Shown here: positions 1-11,178 of the stretch, piece after piece
How the letters are laid out: every line of letters begins with the position of its first letter
Position numbering within the stretch: position 1 is the first letter of the stretch
The notes under the pieces: generated by a model
Database searches by the model: none
Told to the model about the DNA's origin: nothing
Seen by the model: only the letters and a program-made list of their open reading frames with translations
Source: Marsupella aquatica
Taxonomy: Eukaryota > Plantae > Marchantiophyta
Assembly: GCA_973895155.1 (NCBI GenBank)
Contig: OZ316896.1
Coordinates: 21,823,150 to 21,887,149, forward strand
Direction: 5' to 3'
DNA: 64,000 nucleotides
Translations under genes and position numbers: made by a program

Positions 1-1110
1 AAGGAGCCCCTTACTTCTAGTCCTCGCGGCAACATGCTAGAGCTTCTCCTCTCACCCTCTCATTCTCTCTCGTGGAGAATGAACCTTTAAGTGTAAGCAA
101 AGTTTGTGTTCCCCTTGGGTATACATTTCTCATGGTTTATGGGAACTTGGAACTCAAGCATTGATAGACATGGAGATCTTTCCATGTTTCAATTTCTTCA
201 CAAACAACACCTAATTTTTTGGTCACATGACTAAAGTTCTCAATAATGAATTAATTTTTTGAGCGAACCAACTGGTCCATGTGGCAATAACAACTTTAAG
301 TAGATTGTTATTAAAATGTTCTAATTTACAATAATGCCACTATTTTATTGTACTTACAAATATGTCACTATTTTGTATATAGACAACAAGTTCATCAACA
401 ACATATACACACGGGGGAACCATGTATGAACAACAAGTGCACTAACTTTGCAGAGAGAACCATAATATAATATATCCAAAACCATGATATATTTGCAAAT
501 ACAAAAATAACTATGACACTATTTCATTTGGTCAATTTGAGCATTTTTAGTGACAACATAAAAGTTGATGGCAATCAATAAAAGCCTAAGGTAGGATGGG
601 AGCCGTTTACTCCCAACTTGTACCCCGCATGGAACCTGATGGTGAGTTCTTACTGTGTTAGCTGACGAACAATATCAGTGTGTCCTCCACTTCATTTCCA
701 TTTCAGCTCAATTCTTCAGCTCCAGTCGAACTCCAGCGAGCAGAATGATGTCGAATTCGAGCGAGCAGATGTCGGCGAGGAGGTCGGCAGAGCAGCCATG
801 AATCTGCTCTACATCTCCACAACCGGAATCATAATGGAGCCTAGGAGGACAAGAAGGACACGAGGAGTTCTCAAGCCTGGCAGGTACTTGTTGTGCCGTC
901 CCACCCCTGTTTCCGTTAATCGAATTTTGCTTCAGTGCGAGCAAGGAAGGAGAAATTTCAGACGTCCAGTCGTCCAGTCCAATCTCAGTCTCGATCCAAT
1001 TCGTCGTAGGAGACTGTGTCCTTGCTGAGTGAATTGCGACAGGAGGAAGGAAAATCGGGGTACTGTCAGTCGAGTCTACTTTTAAAATGCCATTGATGTA
1101 CCGATGGAGG

Positions 1111-1478
1111 GTGAGTTAGCGATGGAATTGCTCAGAATACCATTTGTTTGCGTTCCTCCATTCGAAGCAGATGTGCGTGAGGATTTGGTTTTGAATGTTG
1201 AGCTGAAGTTGACGTCAAATGAATAACTATGCTCGCTGGGGTTGCAGTCTCTATAGCGGTCTGATATCTGTGCGTGACAACAGGGTTAGGGTTTTGGCCT
1301 CCCGAACTGAAGCGAGGTTGTGAATGGACTTTCGACTGTGATCTCAAAATCAGAGGGGGAGGGCTTTTCCAAGAAGAAATTCAGGAAGGTTTGAGTGGGC
1401 CAGGTAGTAGGGTTTTTGGCCGAAGCAGGCCTTCGGACACAGTTGTATGTGTAGAGTAGAGTGGAAATATCGGTGCAG
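1111..1478 (+). other. Probable 5'-UTR intron of the 1503 gene
   Basis: Donor AGG|GTGAGT at 1111 and acceptor GTGCAG| at 1478, 24 nt before the ATG. It contains telo-box-like TTAGGGTTTT (~1286) and TAGGGTTTT (~1408). Confidence 0.5.
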
Positions 1479-1502
1479 GAATTCTGAGCTTGGTTGGGCA
1501 GA

Positions 1503-3962
1503 ATGGAGCTTAGTGGAATTCTAGCTTGTTTGCTTGTTGTGGTGAGCTTGGTGGGAGGGGCCGCGGTGGAACCGTTTAGGAGGGATGTCGGTCATAAGAA
1601 ATGGCATCATGGCACGTTCGAGGATGTGAGCAGCAAAGTGAAGGCTGAGGCCAGCCATCTACTCCATTCTAGGGCCCGTGTTCCATTTCATGTACCACTC
1701 GAGGTAAATATTGTGCTTGTGGGCTTCAACGGGGAAGGGGGCTACCGATTCTCCATGGATGCTGATGCAATGGAAGAATTCATGAAGAAGACGTTCCCCA
1801 GTCACAGACCGGCATGTCTAGAAACAGGATTGCCTCTGGATATCGAGCATGACATCTACTACACTGTCATTCCCGTTGGCCAAACTGAATTGATCACGTT
1901 TGAGTGGGAGACGAGGCAAATCATGATGAATGCAGGTTTTGCGAGAGAGCACGAATGGGGTCGTGAGATACCTCTTTATGAGGTGGAGGCCACTCTCTTG
2001 GAGCCAACTTTTGATAAGTTTTACAACTTCCTCTTCAACTATGACAAGGACTCCCCTGCTCCTGACATGAACAAACCTGTGCCGAATGCAATCTTCATCA
2101 TGAACTATGACAAGGTGAGGATGGATCCCAGGCAAAATACTACCGCTACTTTGGAGGAGTTGACGATTGCTCAAATTGATGGCCTTTCTGAGGAACAGCT
2201 GGCTCAGCAAGAGGGGGGATATGTCTATCGATACAGGTACAATGGTGGGGCTGCAACTCAAGTCTGGCTGAGCTCTGGAAGATATGCTGTGATTGATCTT
2301 TCGGCTGGTCCTTGTGTATACGGGAAGATAGAGTCTGAAGAGGGCAGTGTGGGCTTTCGATCCGTTCCCAGGATACAACCCCTACTATTTCCAAGACGTA
2401 GAGAGATTAAACCTATAGCAGTGAAGGACTTGGAATCTTCCTTTCGTGGACTTCTCTCTGCACTCATCATTTCAGCCATTGAGCATGTCATATCCCCGGA
2501 TGTTAGGTTTGAGCACGTAGATCCTGCAACGCAGCGATTGCTGGTTCCCATCGTGGTTTTCACCAACCATAATCATTATAACCCTCTACAGGCAGGTAGT
2601 AACTTCTCCATAGATATTCAAACTATTGAAAAGGAAGTGAAGAAGTTGGCACAACCAGGACAGGAGGTGGTGGTTGTCGGAGGAATTCACAATTTGCACG
2701 ATCATGAAAAACTGGCTATTGCTGCCATCAAAGCGATGAGAAGTCACTCTGTCCACGAGACCCGAAAAGACGGGAGATTCCATGCTCGTTCACGGACCTA
2801 CCTCGATGGTGCCCTGTTGCAGGAGGAGATGAAGCATTCAACAGATTTTCTGGCTGCTGGGTTACTTGAAGCGTCAGATCCACATCTTTACTCCTTATAT
2901 TTTAGGGACACTGTTAAAAGCCGGTGGGGAGCAGGACCGTACGAGGACAAAGACCTTGAATTGAAAGAGGGCGATTCGATTGTTCAATCAAGATCCGCCA
3001 GGTGGGGTTCTTCGAAAGAGATGGACTTGAAAACCAAAGTCAGTTCCAAAAAACGGAAGGACAAACCAAAGATGGAGAAATCATATGGAACTCGAGTACT
3101 TCCAGTATTTGTCTTCTCTTTAGCAGATGTGGATGAAGAGCTTTTGATGGAGGGAGAAGATCTAATGTTGTCCAGTCATGACGCCGTGTTTGTTCTGCAG
3201 CATAACAACAATTCTATCCCCTTAAGCTATGTGGCAGACAAAAAATGGAGGGTTGCAGAAGCCAATTCACCTCTGCGGCACATTATAGCAGGTATAGCTT
3301 CTGTGGTTGGAGGATTAGTTGCGCCATACGAAAGTGCATCCCACATACATGGCCGTCCGATGCATAACTGGCTGTGGGCATCAGGGCACCATCCATTTGG
3401 CCCGTTCACGAATACCTCCGGCATCAGCCAGTTGCTAGTCGACACATCTCTGAGAAACTCAATCTATGCTCGTGTTGACATGGCGCTGAAAAGAATCAGG
3501 GACGCAAATGATAGGATTCAGTCATTCACAAGTCAGTATCTTCACACCCCGCTTGGAGAGAAGAAGAAGGGTAAACCGACAAAGGCAAGATATGAGCTTT
3601 GGATAGACATGTTTTACAAGAAGACAACGGTGCTACCTCAGCCTTTGCCCGAGGAAGCCGTTAACAAATTGGAGAGCTACCTAGATGGTCTGGAGGATCA
3701 ATTGGTGAATCTGGCTAATTTGCTCTACGATAACCGTCTCGAAGATGCATTCAAAAATTCTACTATGGTGGTTCGATCATCGTTATACGCTCAGGACTAT
3801 GTCGACCATATCCTATGGAGAGAAAAACAGAACATGAGGTGTTGTAGGGTGGAATACGCCACTCCACCTCAATCATCGCTGGCCTATCTCTATGGTGGAA
3901 TCCTAGTAGCTGGTTTTGTGGTCTATTTCCTGGTCATTTTCTTCTCATCTCCCGAAAGATGA
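1503..3962 (+). CDS. Conserved plant protein of unknown function (At4g16180-like); signal peptide and C-terminal TM anchor; single coding exon
   Basis: Uninterrupted ORF; first ATG at 1503 (the track starts at TTG 1494). The N-terminus is hydrophobic (ILACLLVVVSLVGGA). Motifs FRRDVGHKKWHH, VPFHVPLEVNIVLVGFNGEGGYR and HRPACLETGLPLDIEH match, from memory, the At4g16180 family. The C-terminal TM segment is LYGGILVAGFVVYFLVIFFSSP. Confidence 0.88.
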   Translation: MELSGILACLLVVVSLVGGAAVEPFRRDVGHKKWHHGTFEDVSSKVKAEASHLLHSRARVPFHVPLEVNIVLVGFNGEGGYRFSMDADAMEEFMKKTFPSHRPACLETGLPLDIEHDIYYTVIPVGQTELITFEWETRQIMMNAGFAREHEWGREIPLYEVEATLLEPTFDKFYNFLFNYDKDSPAPDMNKPVPNAIFIMNYDKVRMDPRQNTTATLEELTIAQIDGLSEEQLAQQEGGYVYRYRYNGGAATQVWLSSGRYAVIDLSAGPCVYGKIESEEGSVGFRSVPRIQPLLFPRRREIKPIAVKDLESSFRGLLSALIISAIEHVISPDVRFEHVDPATQRLLVPIVVFTNHNHYNPLQAGSNFSIDIQTIEKEVKKLAQPGQEVVVVGGIHNLHDHEKLAIAAIKAMRSHSVHETRKDGRFHARSRTYLDGALLQEEMKHSTDFLAAGLLEASDPHLYSLYFRDTVKSRWGAGPYEDKDLELKEGDSIVQSRSARWGSSKEMDLKTKVSSKKRKDKPKMEKSYGTRVLPVFVFSLADVDEELLMEGEDLMLSSHDAVFVLQHNNNSIPLSYVADKKWRVAEANSPLRHIIAGIASVVGGLVAPYESASHIHGRPMHNWLWASGHHPFGPFTNTSGISQLLVDTSLRNSIYARVDMALKRIRDANDRIQSFTSQYLHTPLGEKKKGKPTKARYELWIDMFYKKTTVLPQPLPEEAVNKLESYLDGLEDQLVNLANLLYDNRLEDAFKNSTMVVRSSLYAQDYVDHILWREKQNMRCCRVEYATPPQSSLAYLYGGILVAGFVVYFLVIFFSSPER

Positions 3963-5445
3963 GTCGTTTTTTCTGTTCTTCTGGATACCTTATAAACACT
4001 TTGCTCGGCACAAACCACCTGGCTTGCCTGCGCGTGGTAGCTATCAAGAACCAATGACGTTGGTGAATGATGTTCGCCAGCTTCAGTTTCCCTTATATTT
4101 GGATCTACATTCTGCTAGTGTTGCTAATACACTACAATTGATTTCTACATTTCCATACTGTGGGCAGTCACTGCAAGGTTGGTACAGCTCTCGTGACCTG
4201 TTCAACTCGGACGTCCATATGAGAAGATCCACACTTCTGTTGTCAGAATGCTGCAGCTAGTTTCAATCTAGATATTCTCACCGTTGTCCTGATAGGCACT
4301 AAACACGAGTCAAGGATACAGTAGAGTAACAAAATGAGAAGACCTACATTTTTCAACTAATCGGGTCTCAAGGGGCTGTCTCGTCGATCGTAATGTGGTA
4401 TTTGTGACCATGCAAGTACAATGCCGGTGATGTGGAATTGACCGGTGGTAGAGACTGAATTTCGTCATCCGTCATAGCTAGAGTTAAATGATTTTGATGG
4501 CAACGTAAATGGTTTTTGCTCGACCACGTAAAGAAAGTTTACCTGTAAATGTTAGCAGACACTGATCTTGGTACGGGATAGAGGGAAGAAGGAAGGCCTT
4601 CGTTTGTGCAATGCCTTGTGCCTTTGAATGCCACCCGATGCTGTCTTTCTGTGTAGACTTGATATTGTTCTTAGGTGAATCATCAACCGATCGGGTTGAT
4701 GGATGAGGACATGGCGCTACCAGCTTTCCATTGTGATCATTCGGTAATAAGTTGTGATTCTCTTTGTGGATGGATTAGGTGACAGGAGATTTATTCAAGT
4801 GTAAACTCTAAAAAGACAGCATAAAATTGAACAAGAACAAGTGCTTCAAATAGGAGCCTACGATCAAACTTAGCTCTGTTCTTTGAAGTTGATTCTACCG
4901 TTAGTGTAGGGCACAGACATGTCGGATCTCTCAGCAGCAGTTTCGCGAATGGAATTAAATGACATATTAGCAAGTTTCCATCGTCGATAGGTATCCTGCT
5001 AGTCAGCGACAGGTGAAATTGCATTATTATTGCTTAGCCCCTCCCATCTTTTACGAGGTATTCTGCTAGTCGTTTGCAGGTCGAAGCAGGTCGACATCCT
5101 CGCGAGTGGAAAGGGGAATAAAGTCAAGATATATTGGTTAAGAGGGTGAACCCCTTCATCGTAACAAGCAGAGTCTGCCAGAAAACATCGTGATAAGGTT
5201 CTTAGTCAAGCAAGGACTTCGTGAAATATCAGTACCCCAAGCTCAACGTGCCTGTCTCAGTGCAAGATGGACTGATCCCTTAAACCCCGGCTGGCCATTT
5301 GCAACGGGTGGGGAAAGGGCTTGCACAGACCTTTCTTATCGATTTTTTCCGTTTCGATGGGTAAACATTTACGGGCTTCATTTCTTACTCAAATTTGAGG
5401 TTCAGGGAAAGTTTCTGATATCAGTGTCAGCATATCTAATGAGCG

Positions 5446-5840
5446 TTCTAATGATACCAGATTTGCCTCCCAAGAATGAACCGTGAGTGAGAAATACGTC
5501 TGCAAAAGTTGGAATCTCCCAGGTTCGTAACAGAAACAGCAAAGAGAGAGATTGAAAATGAAGAGCGTTTCTGATCTCAAGGGAAACCCTGTCGACTATG
5601 CTTTCTAATAATACCAGATTTGCATCCCCATAGTGAACGGGGAGTGAGAAAAAATGTGTAAAGATGGAGTCTCCCAGGTCCGTAACGGAATGAGCACAAC
5701 GAGATTGAAAATGAAGAGCATGTGAGAGTGCCTCCCACGAGTGAACTCCGAGTGAGACATAAATACAATATGCAAAGAAGGAGATGGGGTCTCTCAGGTT
5801 CGTGACAAGAAAAGCAAAGAGAGAGACTGGAAATGAAGAG
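5446..5840. repeat. Three degenerate tandem units (~115-155 bp) upstream of the RDR gene
   Basis: Recurring blocks ATACCAGATTTGC (units 1 and 2), GAGTGAGA, TCTCYCAGGTYCGTRAC and GAGAYTGRAAATGAAGAG, with units starting at ~5446, ~5603 and ~5729. Confidence 0.85.
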
Positions 5841-7061
5841 GGCGCGAGAAGAGGGAGCGGTGTCATTTCGCCCGCTTGGTTACCCACGTCGAGCTAAAAG
5901 TATTGCCAATTAAATGACATCGGGCCGTGTGACAGTACAAAACCACGAATTGAAAGACAAGGACGAGAAATGCTGTACAACAGCTGGCCGAACGTCGATA
6001 TTCTCCGGCGGTGTCACCAGGAATCCGGTGATGGTGCGTCCAGATGGACAACGAATCGCGATACTTGCGCGAGAGCAATCCGTCCCGTCCCTGTGAACCA
6101 AACAACGCGAATTGTCACCTGATGAAGCGTTTCTTGTATGGAGTGGGAAGCAGCAGAAACGAACCAAAACTGCGATGTCCTTTGAATTCAATTTCGATAT
6201 CATTATACGAGAGATTTCTTCTATAGTATTTCCTGAGCTTTTCTTCCTCCTTCGACTTCGTCAAGTGTGACATCGCAACGAAGTGGACGAGCTGATCGAG
6301 GAACGAGCTTACTTGAGCTGAATACTTACTGTTGCTGGACGTGATGAGTGAGCCGATGACAGAAGAAGAATCGTTTCGTTTCACATTTCGTCGTTAAGTG
6401 CGGTGGAAATCTTTGAAGGAGATTCTGTGGGCTGCGTTGCCATTGCTGTGCGCTTCCTCGGCCAAATGTAAGCTGAACGTCGGAGTCGAGCTGACAAAAT
6501 GAGCTGGAGCACCCTATCTCAGTGTCTTGTGAGCTGACAGATGAACCGTTTTACTCAGTAGTTCTGGGGATGTGAATGCTGAAGTTCTGGCAGTGCTGGA
6601 GGAGTCAATTGGAAGGGGCAGATTGATGATGTGCGCGGTGGTGGTGGACAAATTTAGGGATGTGGTCGGAGAAGTACGAAATTGGAGAAGAGCTGGAGTA
6701 GAGGCTGGACTCGAGAAACATCAGGGCACTAGTGCTGTCCAGTCTTACAACTCAACTGCTGGTGCTACCCATCCCCTTCCCGTCGAATCGGATTCAAGCG
6801 AACGGACAAGAACAACCATCCACGTGATGTCTGCTTACAGGATGTGGTATTGGAGGAGTGGTATTGGAGTAATATTGACAACAACGATCTTGATCGTTGT
6901 CCTCTTACATGAAAAATTTGAAAGCTACGATTTCCACGGCCAAATGTGTTGAGCAGACAGGGGCTTTTGACAATATGGCTCTTCCCCGATCTCCAGCCCA
7001 CCTGGTTTAGCTGGTCACCGATTTAGCTCGACGCTGCCTGTTGACCATTTACTAGAGCGAT

Positions 7062-10000
7062 ATGGCAGTTCATGTAGGTAATATCCCTCGCATTGCAGAC
7101 GAGGAGGATCTCATTGAATTCCTGGAGGAATATGTTGGGAATGGGACTATTTTGAAATGTAGGATCCTTCGGCACGAGGCTACAGCAAGATCTAAGGGCG
7201 CTGGCTTTGTGGACTTCAAAGAGAAGCAAGTAGCACTGCTTGCTGTTCAGTTATCAAGGGCGGAAAAGTTGAAGTTTCATAATAGGGTGCTGACTTTGAG
7301 CGCAAATGATAGACTACCATCGCGTGAGGATTCATCACTGCTTTTCTCAATAGATGATGGCAAGTTATCCATGGGCTGCCTCACGTCGAAGGACAGGATG
7401 TATTCCATGTGGTCGCATAGTGGCTCTTTGATCCTTGAGATCCTCCCTGAAAACCAAACATTATCTCTTCGACTAAAACTTCCTGACAACCATTGGATGA
7501 CGGAGTACAAGATGGAGTTCCACTTCAGTGAAATCTGCGAGTTGAGTGCAGTGCACGTCAATGGAACGGACAATGGCTTTTTGCTACAGGTTAGTGTCAC
7601 GTAAATAGCCACCTCGTTTTTTCTTACTCTCATTTCAATCTGTTGAAAGCTCAAGGCTTGAATTTCTTCCCCTCTGCAGCTGCCCTTTATTTCTTGATGC
7701 ACCATCTCAGTGCTCTAATTCAGGTGCTACTTTTTGGGCGAGTAGTCTTCACACCACAGTTGACAATGCTTGAAAGACGGACCTAGCAGCTCTGGTCCAG
7801 TATTCTGGATGGACTGGCTAAATGCAAACAGAGCCACTCAACGTACCTAGTTATGTCACCACTGTATGCATGTTCCTTGCAGGTGAAGGAAAGTCCACCT
7901 TGTTTATATTGTCGGACGGTTGGGGGTCCTCCAGCTCCGACGGGAGACTCATATGTTGATCTCATCGAGTCATTTCTAGGGAGGAACTTGAGACAAACCG
8001 ATGCAGATGATCATTTCACATGGCTTCGAACGACCGACTTCACACCGAATGTGATTGGGCAGTCTTTCATCTACGTAGTGGAGACTTCTGGCCCTGAAGC
8101 TGTATTGCTGGATGCATTCTTGAACAGAACAGGTATCTACAATGCAACATCGAGCAAGCTTAGGAGGACTTCGGGACAACCTTATGCGAGTGATCAAGCT
8201 GTAGTCCCATTGTTGAACCCCGACCTACGGGGTGTGCCGTTTGAGTTCCTGTACAAAATTAACAACTTTGTGCAGAAGGGCAAGCTTAGCGGCCCAACTC
8301 TAGATGACGGAAAATTCTTCAAGTTGATCAAAGACAATCCTCACCCTGCTGTTGCCTATGCCTTGCAAGCTATGTCAGGTCTTGAAAATACTTGTTACGA
8401 ACCAATCAAGTATCTAAAGGAGCAGCTAGATGCGTACAAGAGAGGGATAAAACTACCTTCAACCAAGTTGCAAAAAGGAACGGTTATGATTCACCGGCTT
8501 CTCGTGACTCCAACTAAAGTTTACTGTATGGGGCCAGAACCTGAAACCTCAAATCGGATCATCAGGCAGTACGAAGCTTTGTCGAGTTATTTCCTCCGAG
8601 TCAACTTCGTAGATGAGAACTTTGGTCCGCTGATGAGTACTACTTTAATGTCAGAGCTCCATACGAGTCGTTCGAATGTGTGCAAGAGGATCAAGCTTAT
8701 ATTGAAAGAGGGAGTCTTCATTGGCTTCAGAAAATATGAGTTCCTAGCATTTTCAGCAAGTCAGCTCAGAGAAGGCCAGCTGTGGATGTATGCATCAAAA
8801 GACACTCCTGATTCGATAACTCCAGAAATCATAAGAGCTGGGATGGGAGACTTTTCATCAATTCGAAATGTAGCAAAATGTGCAGCGAGAATGGGTCAGT
8901 GCTTCTCATCATCAACTGAGACTCGCAAAGTACTCCCTCTTCAAGTGAAGAGAATCAAAGACATAACTACGAAAACCGGGTCTGTAACATACTGCTTCTC
9001 GGATGGTATTGGTAAAATCTCAGAGGCTTTTGCTAGTACTATAGCTTCTGACTGTGGATTGCCAGGTGGAGCGGTGCCCTCTGCATTTCAGATTCGCTAT
9101 GGGGGATACAAGGGAGTCGTTGCCAGGGATCCTACGGCATCTTCTTCCTTTAAGCTTTACCTGAGGCCTAGCATGCGGAAGTTTGATGCTCCTCACATGA
9201 CTCTTGAGGTTCTTGCGTGGACTAAACCACTCCCTTGCCATTTGAATCGCCAAGTGATATCTCTCTTATCCACTCTTGGTGTCAGTGACTCTGCCTTTTT
9301 AAGTCTGCAGACTCAGGCTGTTTCCAAATATGAACATATGCTCGATGATGACGCGGTCGCTATAGAAATTCTTCAGGAATTGGGATCAGACTCATTGGCT
9401 CTCAACATGCTGCAGTGTGGGTATGCCTCAAAAGCTGAACCACTTCTGAGGAGATTGCTGTCTGTCTGCAAAGATGCACAACTCAATGAGCTCAAACACA
9501 AAGCCAAAATACCCGTTCCGAATGGAAGGTTGCTCATGGGGTGTCTTGATGAAACTGGAACTCTCCAATATGGAGAAGTTTACATCAGATACACTGCATT
9601 CTCCTTACCTGGTGACTTTAGGAACGAGAATGTTGTCAGAGGCAAGGTTTTCGTTGCCAAGAATCCATGCCTGCACCCTGGAGATGTAAGGATTCTTCAG
9701 GCGGTGGACGTTCCACAGCTGAGCCATATGGTGGACTGTGTAGTCTTTCCTCAATTTGGACCGAGGTGAGCACCTATTTGAAATCCCCTTTGGACAGTAG
9801 CTTGTAAAATTGTCGCTGAATAACTATTATGGGGCAATTCACGTTAGAGTATTGCCGACTGGGCTTCATATGGCAGCCAGATGGATCTTTTTCAGGCTTT
9901 GGAGTTTTGCATTGTTAGAGCTCCTATGGAATTATTCTGCATTACTGGTCACCCGTCCTCTTCCTTCGAGGAAGTAATTTGATACTGAACGATGAGATAG

Positions 10001-11178
10001 TTTCTTGGCAAAGTTTTCTGACAAAACTGAACATCCCTCTGGCATGTGACTCATTCAAAGACCCCATCCGAATGAATGCTCTGGAAGTGATCTTGATGGA
10101 GATTTATATGTCGTGAGCTGGGAAGAGTCACTGGTGCCACCTACAATGGACCCTCCCATGGACTATAGTCCGGCGCCGGCAACTTTTCTTGACCATCCAG
10201 TGGAAATTGAGGTACATTGGTCTTCAGAACGTGCCATACAATTTCAGCGGCGGTGCTAGAATTAGCATCACATGACTAGGCACTCTTTCAGTTACTTTGA
10301 TTGGTTGAAGACGTAGAGAAAGGTCCGTGCATCCAATTTGTGATGGAGCCAAATGCGGACAGCCTGCTCAACTCTATTTGATCTCTTTGCAGGAAATACA
10401 GGAGTTTTTCGTGAACTACATGGTCAACGACAACTTGGGAATCATTGCAAACGCACATGTTGTACATGCTGACAGGGAACCAGATATGGCTCGCAGTCCA
10501 AAGTGTCTTGAGCTGGCCCAACTTGCCTCTATGGCTGTGGACTTCCCCAAGACGGGAGTGCCTGCAATAATCCCAATGGAATTACGCCCGAAGGAGTATC
10601 CAGACTTCATGGAGAAGTTACACAAAACAACGTATACTTCTCATGGGATACTCGGAAAACTGTATCGATCTATCAATCCCGTAAGGATGGGAGTCTCTCT
10701 CAGTGAGGAAGATATGAAACAATTTTATGACACAGACCTTATTGCGAAAGGGTACGAGAATCACCTGGAGAGTGCTCTTGGATATAAGAAAATGTATGAC
10801 GTGAAGCTAATCGAACTGATGAATCAATATGGTATTCGTGACGAAGCAGAAATCGTAAGTGGTCACATTTTGTCAATGTCCGAGCTATATGTGAGACGAC
10901 AGGTTGATGCTCTCCCCAAAGTTCGGTTGGCTTTCAAGGTCTTACAAAAGGAGGCCAAAATTTGGTTCAAAGGTCAATCCCGGCGAATGGAGGAAGAAGA
11001 GGAGGCTGCAAAAGCTTCAGCCTGGTATCATGTCACCTACCATTTTAACTACTTCAATCGCAGGGACCACTCGCAGTACTCGAAAGTTACAAACACTAGA
11101 ATCCAGCTATTGAGTTTTCCATGGGTTTTGATCAATGAACTTCTCGGCCTGAAGCGTAGAATGCAACTCCATCAGTGA
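7062..11178 (+). CDS. RDR: RNA-dependent RNA polymerase, RDR-alpha (RDR1/RDR2-like), 1115 aa, N-terminal RRM
   Basis: Exons 7062-7589, 7883-9765, 10061-10211 and 10393-11178; all introns are GT-AG and the total of 3348 nt is in frame. The RRM has VHVGNIP and SKGAGFVDF. RdRP motifs: KCAARMGQCFS, YCFSDGIGKIS, AFQIRYGGYKGV, KNPCLHPGD, RPHPNECSGSDLDGD (exon 3), AVDFPKTG and KASAWYHVTY. Confidence 0.96.

Noticed and set aside
678-1028. 116-aa ORF upstream of the first gene
   Set aside because: GTG start and no recognisable motifs; it lies in the probable promoter or leader.
5402-5887. 161-aa minus-strand ORF
   Set aside because: It is a by-product of the tandem repeat array.
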